Shown in pieces: positions 32,761-43,492 of a stretch of 64,000 nucleotides of DNA. The stretch covers positions 3,104,001 through 3,168,000 of the forward strand of contig CP182352.1 of NCBI GenBank assembly GCA_048571215.1, written 5' to 3'. The notes under the pieces were generated by a model, which was not told where the DNA came from, ran no database searches, and worked only from the letters and a program-made list of their open reading frames with translations. The translations under genes were made by a program, and so were the position numbers. The first letter of the stretch is position 1. Every line of letters begins with the position of its first letter. The DNA is from Halarcobacter sp. GTDB taxonomy: Bacteria > Campylobacterota > Campylobacteria > Campylobacterales > Arcobacteraceae.

Positions 32761-34110
32761 ATGTTTATGGATAGCTTAAAAGAATTAAAAGAGATTGCAA
32801 AAAATTTAACTGTTCTATATGTAGAAGATGATGCTGATATTGCAAAAACAATGGTTAGTTATCTTTCTAAATTTTTTAAAGAGGTTGTTTATGCCGTAAA
32901 TGGTCAAGATGGATTAGATCTATATAAACAAGCAAAATTCGATTTAGTTATAACAGATATTAAGATGCCAAAAATGAGTGGTCTTGAGATGACTTCTGAA
33001 ATCAAAAATATGAAGATTGAACAAAGTGTAATAATAATCTCAGCTCATTCAGAAATAGAGAATTTTTTAACTTCAATTAAACTTGGTGTGGATGGATATA
33101 TTCTTAAGCCAGTAGATTATGCAGATATGAATAATCTTTTATATAAAATATCAAAAAAAATATCATATGAAAATGATATTGCAAATTATAGATTAAATTT
33201 AAAAGAATTAGTTGCAGAAGTTACTAAAAAAAATAATGAATTAGAACAATATAGCAATGCCTTGGGAAAAGTAGCAATTGTTTCTAAAACAGATTTAAAT
33301 GGAAATATTACTTTTGTAAACGATTTTTTTTGTGAAGTATCGGGATATACAAAAGATGAATTAATTGGAAGAAATCACAATATAGTAAGACATCCGGATG
33401 TGGCAAAAGATATTTTTAAATCCCTTTGGGAAACAATCCAGCAAGGAAAGGTTTGGGAAGGAAATTTTAAAAATAAAGCTAAAAATGGAGATGCTTTTTA
33501 TATTCATGTTACAATGATACCACTTTTTGAAAATGATAATTCCACCATAAAAGAGTATATGGGAATAAGCTTTTTAACTACAAAAGAGGAGATGGAAAAA
33601 AGAGAGTTCAAAAAAAATGTAATTACAAACTATCAAGAGTTTAAAAAAGAGAATTACAATGCTAACAAAAAGATAAAAGCCTTAGAAAAAGAGTTAGAAG
33701 ATTTGAAAAATAGTAGTAGTTATTTAGTTGACTCTTCTCAAGGAAATAAACAAAAACTTCAACAATTACAAGCTCAAGTAAACTATTATGAAAAAGAGAT
33801 TTTAAAATCAAAGGCTAAACACGAAAAAATAGTTGAGGTATATAATTCAAATACAAGATCACTTACTGAAGTAAATAATAAATATCTATCTAAAATACAG
33901 AGTTTGAAAAAAGATGTAGAGTTTTACAAAAAAGAGCATGAAGTAAGTAAAAAAGAGTTACTTAGAGTGCAAGAAGAGCTAAATCATCAAAGAAAAGTGA
34001 TAGCTGATTTAAGGGATACTATTAAAAATATTGCTGAAGAGGAAGAGGAGTTAAAAGGTGAACTTCTTAAAAAAAGTGGCTTAATGGATATACTAAAAAA
34101 AGATAGCTAA
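32761..34110 (+). CDS. REC-PAS protein with a long C-terminal coiled coil
   Basis: LYVEDD, ITDIKMP, KP; PAS FVNDFFCEVSGY..RHPD; about 170 aa heptad-rich tail. Confidence 0.85.
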   Translation: MFMDSLKELKEIAKNLTVLYVEDDADIAKTMVSYLSKFFKEVVYAVNGQDGLDLYKQAKFDLVITDIKMPKMSGLEMTSEIKNMKIEQSVIIISAHSEIENFLTSIKLGVDGYILKPVDYADMNNLLYKISKKISYENDIANYRLNLKELVAEVTKKNNELEQYSNALGKVAIVSKTDLNGNITFVNDFFCEVSGYTKDELIGRNHNIVRHPDVAKDIFKSLWETIQQGKVWEGNFKNKAKNGDAFYIHVTMIPLFENDNSTIKEYMGISFLTTKEEMEKREFKKNVITNYQEFKKENYNANKKIKALEKELEDLKNSSSYLVDSSQGNKQKLQQLQAQVNYYEKEILKSKAKHEKIVEVYNSNTRSLTEVNNKYLSKIQSLKKDVEFYKKEHEVSKKELLRVQEELNHQRKVIADLRDTIKNIAEEEEELKGELLKKSGLMDILKKDS

Positions 34111-36674
34111 TCAATATTTTTTGGAAGCTTTATTTCGAATACTGCTCCATTGTTTTTATTAAATACACGAATAGTACCTTTTAGATGTTTTTCAACTATC
34201 ATTTTAGACATATAAAGCCCTAATCCTGTCCCATTATGTTCATTTTTTGTTGTAAAATAAGCTTCAAATACTTTTTCTATTATCTCATCCTTTATACCAC
34301 CTGCATTATCAATAATTTGTATTTGTACTTGTGTTTCAAACTCTTTTAATTCAACTTTTATCTCTTTTGGTTCATTTGTACTTTCTACTAAAGCCTCTTT
34401 TGCATTTTTAATAATATTGATTAAAACTTGTACTAATTCCCTTCTATAGGTATTTATTACAAGATCTTCATGGAAATGCAATTTTAGCGTAATATCATTA
34501 TTTTTAAGGGATGCTAAAATAATTGATGAGGTGTCATCAAATAGAGTTTTTATACTAACCTTTTCTAAATCTTTTTCTTGTTTAAAGAAGTTTCTAAAAT
34601 CTTCAATTGTATTGGATAGATATTGGGTTTGGGTTGCAACTTCATTAGCAAACTTTCGTGCTTCTTGTGTATCTAGCATATCAAGTTCCACATCAGCTAA
34701 TATATTATTTGCAGCCATTGAGATGGTAGTAATTGGTTGTCTCCATTGATGAGCAATCATACTTATCATCTCTCCCATTGCTGCATTTTTGGATTGATTT
34801 AATATTAACTCTTCTTTTTCTTCTAATGCTTTTTTAAGAAATATCTCTTTAGTAATTTCTGTTTTTATTGCTAAGAAGTTAATTATTTCATCTTTATCTA
34901 TAATTGGTATTATAAGAGCTGTTTCCCAGTACTCTTCATTTTTTTTATTTAAATTTCTAAATACTCCTGCCCAAGTTTTTCTATTTGTAATGGTTTGCCA
35001 TAAATCTTTATAAACACTCTCTTGTGTTAGTGGAGATTTTAAAACTCTTGGATTTTTTCCAATAATTTCTGTTTTTTCATATCCAGATACTTTAGTAAAA
35101 TAAGGATTTACATATATTATTTCCCCTTTGGTATTTGTTATCATAATAGAAAGGGGAGAATTATTTATAATGGTACTAAATAAAGTTAAATCTTTTTCTA
35201 AATTTTTTAAATGGGTAATATTTTGTATAGAGCCTAAGTAGACTTTACTTTCATTATTATTCAAAGGAGATAAACAAGATATATACTCATTTATATCTAT
35301 ATACTCTTGGCTATTAAATTTTTTTAGTCTATATTGTAAGTTAGTTTTTTTACAGGAATATAAGGCTTTTTTATGAATTTGTATATAATGTTCTAAATCT
35401 TCTTCATGAATAAGTTTTTTTAAATCATCATAGCTAAAGTTATTGATACTATTATCTATACCTATAAGTTTTTTTAGAGTATCAGAGATTACAAACTTAT
35501 CATCTTTTAAATAGTATTTCCAATGTCCCATATGGGCAATCTCTTGGGCATAAGTTAGATTTTGTTCTTTTTCTTGGATTTTTAGTTCTAGCTCTTTTAT
35601 TTGAGTTATATTTGTATGGGAACCTACCATTCTTATTGGCTTGTTATTTTTATCAAAGTAGGTTTTCCCTTTATCCAAAATCCAAACCCAATCTCCATTT
35701 TTATGTTTTAGTCTATGGATATTTATATAAGAGTTTGTTTTACCACTTTGATTATTTTTGATATCTTCTATAGCTTTTTCTTTATCATCTGGATGAACTC
35801 TAATATCCCATTCATCTAAAGAGTTTTTTATCTCTTCTTGACTAAATCCAAGCATCTCTTTCCAGTTTTTATCAAAAAAGATTTCATCTTTTTCTAAATC
35901 CCAATCCCAGATGCCAATATCACTAGATTCTAATGCAAAGTCATATCTTTTTGCTAGAATCTCATTTTCATTTTTCAACTTTTTTAACTCTTTAAGATTT
36001 TTTATTAAAACATCTTTTTTATTAAAGTGGCTAAGAATCATAAACATGATAATTGAAAAAATAACTATGGAAATAATTGAGGTAAAGGTTATAAAATTAT
36101 TATGACGATTTTCTATTGAGAGATATTTCTCTTTATAGTCTTTTATTGGAATATTTATACTTATACCACCAATGTTATCACCAATACTATAATTTTGAGA
36201 GTAGTGACACTTTAAACAACTCTTTTCAACTTTTAAAACACCCATAAATTCAAAATTATCAAAATTTTTAGAGAATTTAGAATAAAACTTTTTATTTGTA
36301 TTATTGTCAAAATAGTGTAAAGCCTCTTTTTCAAAACTATTTGCTTTATTGTTTGGATTTAGTGGTTTTAGGCTAGTCATATTAAAAGAGTGTTTATTTT
36401 TATTATTACTAATTATTGAGATTTGTTTAGTCATTTGTGCTGGGTTTATTTCTACAAAATCCCCTTCTTTTTTTACAAAAATCCCTTTATGTTCTGTATT
36501 CCATTCTCTTATTACAATAATATTTTCAAAAAGTATTTTCGCCTCATTTTTTAACATATTACTTAAGTAACTGATGTGCTCTTTTTTTTCAGAATTTAAG
36601 TGGGTAAATATAATTGTATTAGATATAAAAAAAATTATAATAAAAATGAATATTGTTAATATTTTATTATTCAT
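34107..36674 (-). CDS. Sensor histidine kinase with periplasmic c-heme (DUF3365-like) domain and multiple PAS domains
   Basis: SLKPLNPNN..FE and CLKCH; IWDWD PAS domains; IAHQWRQP; GTGLGL. Confidence 0.9.
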   Translation of the reverse strand: MNNKILTIFIFIIIFFISNTIIFTHLNSEKKEHISYLSNMLKNEAKILFENIIVIREWNTEHKGIFVKKEGDFVEINPAQMTKQISIISNNKNKHSFNMTSLKPLNPNNKANSFEKEALHYFDNNTNKKFYSKFSKNFDNFEFMGVLKVEKSCLKCHYSQNYSIGDNIGGISINIPIKDYKEKYLSIENRHNNFITFTSIISIVIFSIIMFMILSHFNKKDVLIKNLKELKKLKNENEILAKRYDFALESSDIGIWDWDLEKDEIFFDKNWKEMLGFSQEEIKNSLDEWDIRVHPDDKEKAIEDIKNNQSGKTNSYINIHRLKHKNGDWVWILDKGKTYFDKNNKPIRMVGSHTNITQIKELELKIQEKEQNLTYAQEIAHMGHWKYYLKDDKFVISDTLKKLIGIDNSINNFSYDDLKKLIHEEDLEHYIQIHKKALYSCKKTNLQYRLKKFNSQEYIDINEYISCLSPLNNNESKVYLGSIQNITHLKNLEKDLTLFSTIINNSPLSIMITNTKGEIIYVNPYFTKVSGYEKTEIIGKNPRVLKSPLTQESVYKDLWQTITNRKTWAGVFRNLNKKNEEYWETALIIPIIDKDEIINFLAIKTEITKEIFLKKALEEKEELILNQSKNAAMGEMISMIAHQWRQPITTISMAANNILADVELDMLDTQEARKFANEVATQTQYLSNTIEDFRNFFKQEKDLEKVSIKTLFDDTSSIILASLKNNDITLKLHFHEDLVINTYRRELVQVLINIIKNAKEALVESTNEPKEIKVELKEFETQVQIQIIDNAGGIKDEIIEKVFEAYFTTKNEHNGTGLGLYMSKMIVEKHLKGTIRVFNKNNGAVFEIKLPKNID

Positions 36675-36821
36675 TATAATCCCTTTATTTATTTAGTTAA
36701 AGTATTATATTATAACAAAACTAAATTATTAGAGATATGAGCTTTAGAATAATAAAAAAGATTATCTATTGATTATTTATTATAATAAGGATATAATTTA
36801 TTAAAATCAAAAATAGGTGCG

Positions 36822-37190
36822 TTGATGAAGTATTTGGTAGTAGATGATTCAAAAATGGCAAGAAGAATGTTACTAAAAGCTCTGAAAGAGCTTATTTCAG
36901 AAGATGCTCAACTTGTTGAGTGTACAAATGGGCAAGAAGCTATAAATGCCTATAAATCAGATAAATTTAATATGTGCTTTATGGATTTGACTATGCCTGT
37001 AATGGATGGCTTTGAAGCAATAAAACAAATATGTGAATATGACAAAAATGCAAAGGTAATTGTAATAAGTGCAGATATACAAGAAGGCTCTATGAAAAAA
37101 GCAAAAGAGAGTGGGGCCTTAGGTTTTATTAAAAAACCTGTAAATACAAAAAATCTATCATCTATGCTAAATACTTTAGGATTGAAATAA
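36822..37190 (+). CDS. Single-domain CheY-like response regulator
   Basis: VVDDS, MDLTMP, SAD, KP. Confidence 0.9.
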   Translation: MMKYLVVDDSKMARRMLLKALKELISEDAQLVECTNGQEAINAYKSDKFNMCFMDLTMPVMDGFEAIKQICEYDKNAKVIVISADIQEGSMKKAKESGALGFIKKPVNTKNLSSMLNTLGLK

Positions 37191-37798
37191 TGTCTTTATC
37201 ATTAAATGAAGATCAAGTAGATTGCCTACAAGAATTAATGAATATTGCATATGGTTCAGCAACTGCATCTTTAGCAGAAATTATTGGTAAAAATGCAAAA
37301 TTAGGTATTCCTAATATTAAAACTTTTAATTCACAAGAGTTTCAAAATTATTGTGATAAGAAGTTTGATGATCATGGCTGTTATTTAGTAAATCAAAAAA
37401 TAGATGGAACTTTAAGTGGTGAAAATCTATTTATAATGGATAAAAAATCAACTACAAATTTAGCAAAAGAGTTTGGTTTGAGTGATGAAGAGATAACTGA
37501 CAGTGAGTTAAGGGATATTGTACTTGAAATTACTAATATAATATCTTCAACTACTTTAAGTAAGTTAGCTTCACTAATGGATGCCTCTATTATATTCTCC
37601 CCACCTTCAATAAAAAAAATAGAGTCTATTCTAAATTTTAGTGATAAATATAAGACACAATATAAGTTTATAATTGTTATTTCAACTGAGATAATTTTTG
37701 AACAACAAAACATTTATGGTGAATTGATTATTATGTCAAAAGATGAATCTGTTTTTTACATGAAGAATGCTTTAGATAGATTATTGAAAGAGTTTTAA
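37190..37798 (+). CDS. CheC/CheX-like aspartyl-phosphate phosphatase
   Basis: Two E-x-x-N motifs (LQELMNIAYG, VLEITNII). Confidence 0.85.
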   Translation: MSLSLNEDQVDCLQELMNIAYGSATASLAEIIGKNAKLGIPNIKTFNSQEFQNYCDKKFDDHGCYLVNQKIDGTLSGENLFIMDKKSTTNLAKEFGLSDEEITDSELRDIVLEITNIISSTTLSKLASLMDASIIFSPPSIKKIESILNFSDKYKTQYKFIIVISTEIIFEQQNIYGELIIMSKDESVFYMKNALDRLLKEF

Positions 37799-38724
37799 TG
37801 TTATCTATAAATAATGATATTATATTTAATACAATTGACAATGGGATAATAATTTTAGATGAAGAGCTAAATATTTTAGCTTGGAATAGATGGATGGAGT
37901 TAAAAACTAACTTTAAAAAAGAGAGTATGATAGGTGAAAAAATATCTAAAAAATTTCCATATATAAACGAAGAAAAATTAAAAAGAAAAATCAAATCTGT
38001 TTTAATTACTAAAAATCCCTCTTTTTATTCTGTTGATCCCCATAAATATCTAATAAAAATTGAATCAAATAGTATTGTTGATAAATTTTATGATCACATG
38101 AGACAAGATATAACATTGGTTGCATATGATTTGGAAAAAAGATATGTATGTTTATATATATATGATAATACAAAATTTTATGAAACAAGTACAAAACTAG
38201 AAGAGTTAAATGTGGAGTTAGTTGAGCTTTCAAATAGAGATCCCATGACCCACTCTTATAATAGAAGATATTTTACTGATGTTTCTGAAAAAATGTTAAA
38301 TTTAGCAAGTAGGGCTAATCATAATATATCAGTTATTATTTTGGATATTGATAATTTTAAAGAGATAAATGATAATTATGGGCATTCTATAGGGGATAAA
38401 GTTATAATCTCTTTGGCAAGAAAACTTGAAGAATATGTAAGAAATAGTGATGTTATAGCAAGATTTGGTGGTGAAGAGTTTGTAATATTACTTTATAATG
38501 TTTCAGCTGAAGATTGTGGAAAAATAGCTCAAAAAATTAGAACTAATATCGAAAAATTAAAAATAGATACTAAATATGGTGAGATTAGTTATACTTTAAG
38601 TTTAGGTGTAGCCCAATATAATAAAGAGTTAGATAATAATATTGAGAATACTATTACAAGAGCGGATAAGGCTCTTTATGAAGCAAAAAGAGAGGGAAAA
38701 AATAGAGTTGTTCTTAGCTCTTAA
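37798..38724 (+). CDS. PAS-GGDEF diguanylate cyclase
   Basis: WNRWME PAS; DIDNFKEIND, RNSD I-site, RFGGEEF. Confidence 0.92.
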   Translation: MLSINNDIIFNTIDNGIIILDEELNILAWNRWMELKTNFKKESMIGEKISKKFPYINEEKLKRKIKSVLITKNPSFYSVDPHKYLIKIESNSIVDKFYDHMRQDITLVAYDLEKRYVCLYIYDNTKFYETSTKLEELNVELVELSNRDPMTHSYNRRYFTDVSEKMLNLASRANHNISVIILDIDNFKEINDNYGHSIGDKVIISLARKLEEYVRNSDVIARFGGEEFVILLYNVSAEDCGKIAQKIRTNIEKLKIDTKYGEISYTLSLGVAQYNKELDNNIENTITRADKALYEAKREGKNRVVLSS

Positions 38725-38766
38725 CTTGCCTTCTTCTATTTTGTTTATCTTGTAAAATAAGATTTT

Positions 38767-39372
38767 TTAGAGTTTGGGAAGACTCCATTTTTTATAAAAG
38801 GCTAATAATCTAAGTGTTACTCCTAAGGCAAAAAGAATGGTTAAGTTTATAATATTTGCTTCATGAAAGATATTTAAAAAATATGTAAAGGTACCAACTA
38901 TAATTGCAACAGTTCCATAAAATTCTGAAACTAAAATTGAGGGAACTTTATTTATAAGAATATCTCTAATTGTACCACCTCCAACGGCTGTTAAAAAGGC
39001 CAACATTAAAACCCCCAAAAAGTTAAAATTTACTTCAATACCAACTAATGCTCCAGTTATGGCAAAAGAGGTCAAACCAACAGCATCAGATACTATAAAC
39101 CAAGTTTTACCTTCTAAATCAGTTTTTTTATGAATATTAAATATAAAGGCTAAAAAAAGTGTAGCAAATACTAAGATTATGGGAAGATTGTTATTAAACA
39201 CAAAAGGTGGTTTATTTGCTATAACATCTCTAATAATTCCCCCTCCAAGAGCAGTTAAAAAAGATGAAATAAATATACCTAAAATATCAAATTTATAATG
39301 TACTGCAATTAAGAAGCCACTTAGAGCAAAGGAGATAACTCCTATAATATCAGCAATTTGTAAGGCAGTCAT
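38767..39372 (-). CDS. TRIC / UPF0126 (YadS-like) membrane protein
   Basis: Duplicated GGGIIRD/GGGTIRD motifs, DAVGL. Confidence 0.9.
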   Translation of the reverse strand: MTALQIADIIGVISFALSGFLIAVHYKFDILGIFISSFLTALGGGIIRDVIANKPPFVFNNNLPIILVFATLFLAFIFNIHKKTDLEGKTWFIVSDAVGLTSFAITGALVGIEVNFNFLGVLMLAFLTAVGGGTIRDILINKVPSILVSEFYGTVAIIVGTFTYFLNIFHEANIINLTILFALGVTLRLLAFYKKWSLPKL

Positions 39373-39515
39373 TTATTTGTATTTATCAGGTGAATATTGA
39401 TTGGTTTTTTATCTTTTTTTTCACCATAATCACTTTTATTATGTGATTGCCAAGAAGTTTTATTATCGTGGACACAAACTTCTAAGAAGCTATTATGTAT
39501 AAGAGTTACGGTCAT
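39369..39515 (-). CDS. Putative 48-aa small protein
   Basis: MTVTLIHNSFLEVCVHDNKTSWQSH...NTNK*; AAGG upstream; its TGA overlaps the ATG of the next gene (ATGA). Not in the ORF track. Confidence 0.4.
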   Translation of the reverse strand: MTVTLIHNSFLEVCVHDNKTSWQSHNKSDYGEKKDKKPINIHLINTNK

Positions 39516-39662
39516 AGACAAGCCTTAATTTTTGATAATTATACTATATCAATACTATGTGAAAGCTTTTAATTAAGATATAAAATTTAATTAATTTTTT
39601 ATTCATTTTTTATTCAAAAATAAAATTATTATTATATAATAGAAAAAAATGATAAAGAGAAA

Positions 39663-41240
39663 ATGATGAATATAAAGAGATTAGTTAAGTTAAGCTTTTT
39701 TGTTATTATTGGATTAGTCTTATTTATTACATTGGTTAGCAATACATCTTTATATAAAATAAAAGAGAATAATACTTCTAAAAATAAAATATTTAAAGTG
39801 GTTGGTATTCAAGAACAAATGAATAAGTTAACTTTAGATGCAATACTAATTAATAGTTTAGATGAGTTGGAAACTATTAAAGGTAAATTTAAAATAGAAG
39901 AGAATAAATTTGAAAAAATAAAAGAAGATTTTTTTGTAAATGATACGGATGATATCTTAGATAAGTTGATTACTGATTTACACCTATATCCAATAATAAA
40001 AAATGATTTGAAAATACTTTTTGAGAATGAAAAAACCATAGAAAACTCTTTTGATAAGATTAGTGATCTTCAAGAAGAAAAAATTCAATTAAATCAAAAA
40101 TTTCAAGAACATTATCCTTTAGAAAATGAAATTAGAAAAGATATACAAACTTATATTTGGAATACTGAAGATGTTTCTACTATAAAGAATTTTGCTGATT
40201 TAAAATATTATAGTAAAGAGGCTTTATATCAACATCGGGACGAAGTACGTTTTAAAAAATGGTTAGATAAAGCACAATATTTACAATATCACACGAAAAT
40301 AAAAGAGTTTGATGAATATATAGATGTAGTTACAAATTTAAAAGAGCAGGTTTTAAAGATAAATGAGATTGAAATAACAGAAAAAAAATTGATTAAGTCT
40401 ATTCAAGAGGTTCTAAAAGTCAATAATCAATTAAATCATAATATTGAAAAAAATAGTGAAAATATTTTAGATAGTTTTATAAATACAATTAATTCAATAA
40501 TGATAATCTTGTCAATTTGTATAATTTTATTTATTCTTTTTGTTTCTTATAACGTTAACAAAAATGTAGGATTATCAATTGATGAGATTGAAAAAAGAGT
40601 TGATGATGGTTTAACAGAAATTAAAAACTTAAATGATGAGATAGAAGCTACCCAAAAAGAAGTAGTGTTTACAATGGGAGCTATAGGAGAGAGTAGGAGT
40701 AAAGAGACAGGGAACCATGTAAAAAGAGTGGCAGAATACTCAAAACTTTTAGCCTTGTATTATGGTTTAGATGAAAAAGAAGCAGAGATGCTAAAACAAG
40801 CAAGCCCAATGCATGATATAGGAAAAGTTGCTATTCCAGATGCGGTTTTAAATAAACCAGGAAGATTTGATGAAAAAGAAAGAGAGATAATGAATACCCA
40901 TGCCAAATTGGGATTTGATATGTTAAAACATTCAAATAGAGAACTTCTAAAATGTGCAGCAACAGTAGCATATGAACATCATGAGAAATGGGATGGGACA
41001 GGTTACCCAAATAGAATAAAAGGTGAAGATATACATATCTATGGAAGGATAACAGCCTTGGCAGATGTATTTGATGCCTTAGGAAGTGATAGATGTTATA
41101 AAAAAGCTTGGGATGATGAGAGAATATTTAAGCTTTTTAAAGAGGAAAGAGCTAAACACTTTGACCCTAAGTTAGTAGATATCTTTTTTGAACACTTAGA
41201 TGAATTCTTAGCCATAAGAGATAAGTTTAAAGATATCTAA
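39663..41240 (+). CDS. Membrane-anchored HD-GYP cyclic-dinucleotide phosphodiesterase
   Basis: 2 TM around a helical periplasmic domain; ETGNHVKRV, MHDIGK, HHEKWDGTGYP. Confidence 0.92.
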   Translation: MMNIKRLVKLSFFVIIGLVLFITLVSNTSLYKIKENNTSKNKIFKVVGIQEQMNKLTLDAILINSLDELETIKGKFKIEENKFEKIKEDFFVNDTDDILDKLITDLHLYPIIKNDLKILFENEKTIENSFDKISDLQEEKIQLNQKFQEHYPLENEIRKDIQTYIWNTEDVSTIKNFADLKYYSKEALYQHRDEVRFKKWLDKAQYLQYHTKIKEFDEYIDVVTNLKEQVLKINEIEITEKKLIKSIQEVLKVNNQLNHNIEKNSENILDSFINTINSIMIILSICIILFILFVSYNVNKNVGLSIDEIEKRVDDGLTEIKNLNDEIEATQKEVVFTMGAIGESRSKETGNHVKRVAEYSKLLALYYGLDEKEAEMLKQASPMHDIGKVAIPDAVLNKPGRFDEKEREIMNTHAKLGFDMLKHSNRELLKCAATVAYEHHEKWDGTGYPNRIKGEDIHIYGRITALADVFDALGSDRCYKKAWDDERIFKLFKEERAKHFDPKLVDIFFEHLDEFLAIRDKFKDI

Positions 41241-41251
41241 TACACCTACTT

Positions 41252-42445
41252 TTAAAGAGCCTGTAAAATAAATATATTGCAGTTATCTTTATAGGTATAA
41301 AGTAGCTTAAAATTATGTTTATGTATTATTTTATTTACTATGCTAAGACCTAAACCAAAACCGTCTCTTTGTATTAACTCTTGTGTAAAAGGTTTTAAGT
41401 AGTATTCTAACTCTTTTGAGAGTTTGTTACCTTTATTTATCACTTTTATTTCATTGTTAGAAGCTACAATTTTTATGGGTAAAACTGTACTATATTTTAT
41501 AGCATTGTCTATTAGATTCTTAAGGGCAATACTTAGGTATTCTAAGTCTGCATTTATTTTAAAATTGTCTATTATTTCTAAATCAATTTTAGATTCATCT
41601 TCAATATAAAGTTTTCCCAACGATTGTACAATTAAGGTCTCTGCACTAAAATTGCTATAGTTTAGTTTTGAAGCATTTAATTTTTCAAGTTGTATTAACT
41701 CATTTGTTAATCTTTCCAAATCAAGAAAAACTTTATTTAATAGCTCTTTTTTTGAAAAATCTTCTATTTTTTCAATAGCAAATTTACCTTTAGCAATGGG
41801 AGTTCTAAGTTCATGTCCAATATCCCTTAATAACTCTTCTCTTGTTTTTATCAACTCTTCTAAATTATCAGCCATACTATTAAAGGTTTTAGCAAGTAAA
41901 CCTATCTCATCTTTTGATTTAATATCTATTCTACTAGTTAAGTTTCCTTTTGAAAAGTTGTCAATTTGAGTTGTGATATTTTTCAAGGGGGCCAAAAGTT
42001 TTAATATATATAAAAAAATAAGAATAAGAAGAGATATATCTAAAAAAACCAAAGCATTTAATTTGATTTTATCATTGATATTTTCCACATCGGCAGTTTC
42101 AAATATATATTTATCGTCAAGGTATTCTATTTGGATTATAAATTCATCCTCAAAAGAGTTTTTGAGTATTTTTATATAACCAAAAGTTAGTTGTTTGAAA
42201 TATAAGGTTTCACTGTTTTTTATTTTTATGGAATTTGTTTTTTTTAGCTTATATTTTGAGATTAGTGCGTTAAGATTCTCTTTGTTATCAATATTTTGAA
42301 AAATCTCATTTGATATTTTTTGGTACTTGTCTTTTATTAAATCATCAAGTCTTTTTGAATTTATTCTATCAGTCCATATACCTATTATTAGCATAGTTAT
42401 TAGACTTAAAATAAAAAGAACTGATAGTTTTTTAAAAATAGACAT
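41252..42445 (-). CDS. ArsS/CpxA-like sensor histidine kinase
   Basis: HAMP DEIGLLAKTFNSM, IGHELRTP, NLIDNAIKY, GFGLGL. Confidence 0.9.
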   Translation of the reverse strand: MSIFKKLSVLFILSLITMLIIGIWTDRINSKRLDDLIKDKYQKISNEIFQNIDNKENLNALISKYKLKKTNSIKIKNSETLYFKQLTFGYIKILKNSFEDEFIIQIEYLDDKYIFETADVENINDKIKLNALVFLDISLLILIFLYILKLLAPLKNITTQIDNFSKGNLTSRIDIKSKDEIGLLAKTFNSMADNLEELIKTREELLRDIGHELRTPIAKGKFAIEKIEDFSKKELLNKVFLDLERLTNELIQLEKLNASKLNYSNFSAETLIVQSLGKLYIEDESKIDLEIIDNFKINADLEYLSIALKNLIDNAIKYSTVLPIKIVASNNEIKVINKGNKLSKELEYYLKPFTQELIQRDGFGLGLSIVNKIIHKHNFKLLYTYKDNCNIFILQAL

Positions 42446-42447
42446 AT

Positions 42448-43110
42448 TTATCCAATGAACTTATACCCAATACCCCAAACTGATTTGATATATTTAGGCT
42501 CCTTACTATCATCTCCTATTTTATATCTTATATTTGAGATATGCATATCTATAGTTCTATTTTTAGTATTTTCATCTAAAGATGTTGCGTGGAGTATTTG
42601 CTCCCTTGATGAAACTTTATTTAGATTTTGACTTAAAAAAATAAATATCTCAAACTCAATTTTTGTAAAGTCAATACTATATCCATCAAGGCTTACACTT
42701 TTATTATCATAATCAATAATAAAATCACTCACTACTGTTTGGTTAGAGTTATGTTTTTTTAAAATATGTTCAAGTCTCAAAACCAATTCTCTAGGCTCAT
42801 AAGGCTTTGCCAAATAATCATCAGCTCCTAAATCAAAACCTGCGATTTTATTACCTATATCTCCCCTTGCTGAAGAGATAATAACAGGTATCTCTTTTAT
42901 GGTTTTTATTTTTTTAAGTACATCAAATCCATCCATAAAAGGTAACATCAAATCTAAGATTACTATGGAATAATCTATATCTTTCAAAGATTTAAGTGCC
43001 TCTTTTGGATTTGAAAAAGCTTTGCAATCTAGATTATAATCCCTTAGGTACTCTACAATCAAATCTTGCATTTGAATATCATCTTCTATTAGTAAAACCT
43101 TTTTATTCAA
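42448..43110 (-). CDS. OmpR-family response regulator
   Basis: LIEDD, LDLMLP, GADDYLAKP, RTIDMHISNIR, VWGIGY. Confidence 0.93.
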   Translation of the reverse strand: MNKKVLLIEDDIQMQDLIVEYLRDYNLDCKAFSNPKEALKSLKDIDYSIVILDLMLPFMDGFDVLKKIKTIKEIPVIISSARGDIGNKIAGFDLGADDYLAKPYEPRELVLRLEHILKKHNSNQTVVSDFIIDYDNKSVSLDGYSIDFTKIEFEIFIFLSQNLNKVSSREQILHATSLDENTKNRTIDMHISNIRYKIGDDSKEPKYIKSVWGIGYKFIG

Positions 43111-43492
43111 CTTGCCACTCCTTTAGGTAGTGTGAAAACATCTCCCTTTGTTTTGGGTTTAATATTTTATGTAGTTTTTTAAGGGTGCGTGCTTCTAATT
43201 CAATGGCATCTTCAAAAATATCTTCTGAAATATCTTCATATTTTTCAGTATCAAATTTTTCTTGTTTTATTAGTTCTTCTAGTTTTTTCTCTTTCTTTTT
43301 TCTTTTTTTATAGTATTTATGATATCTTTTTTTATACTCAATTAAAACAGATCTTACCTTTTCATACTGTACTTTATTTAGGTTTAAAAAATCTAGGTTT
43401 TTGTATATATGAGTATCTTCATAATGCTTATCTGCATAACAAAGAGTAAAAATCAAACTACTTAAAACTACTAATACTTTTAATCTTATCAT
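43103..43492 (-). CDS. Periplasmic Spy/CpxP-like helical protein
   Basis: Signal peptide, LNLNKVQ and ILNPKQR LTxxQ-like motifs, upstream of an RR-HK pair. Confidence 0.65.
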   Translation of the reverse strand: MIRLKVLVVLSSLIFTLCYADKHYEDTHIYKNLDFLNLNKVQYEKVRSVLIEYKKRYHKYYKKRKKKEKKLEELIKQEKFDTEKYEDISEDIFEDAIELEARTLKKLHKILNPKQREMFSHYLKEWQVE

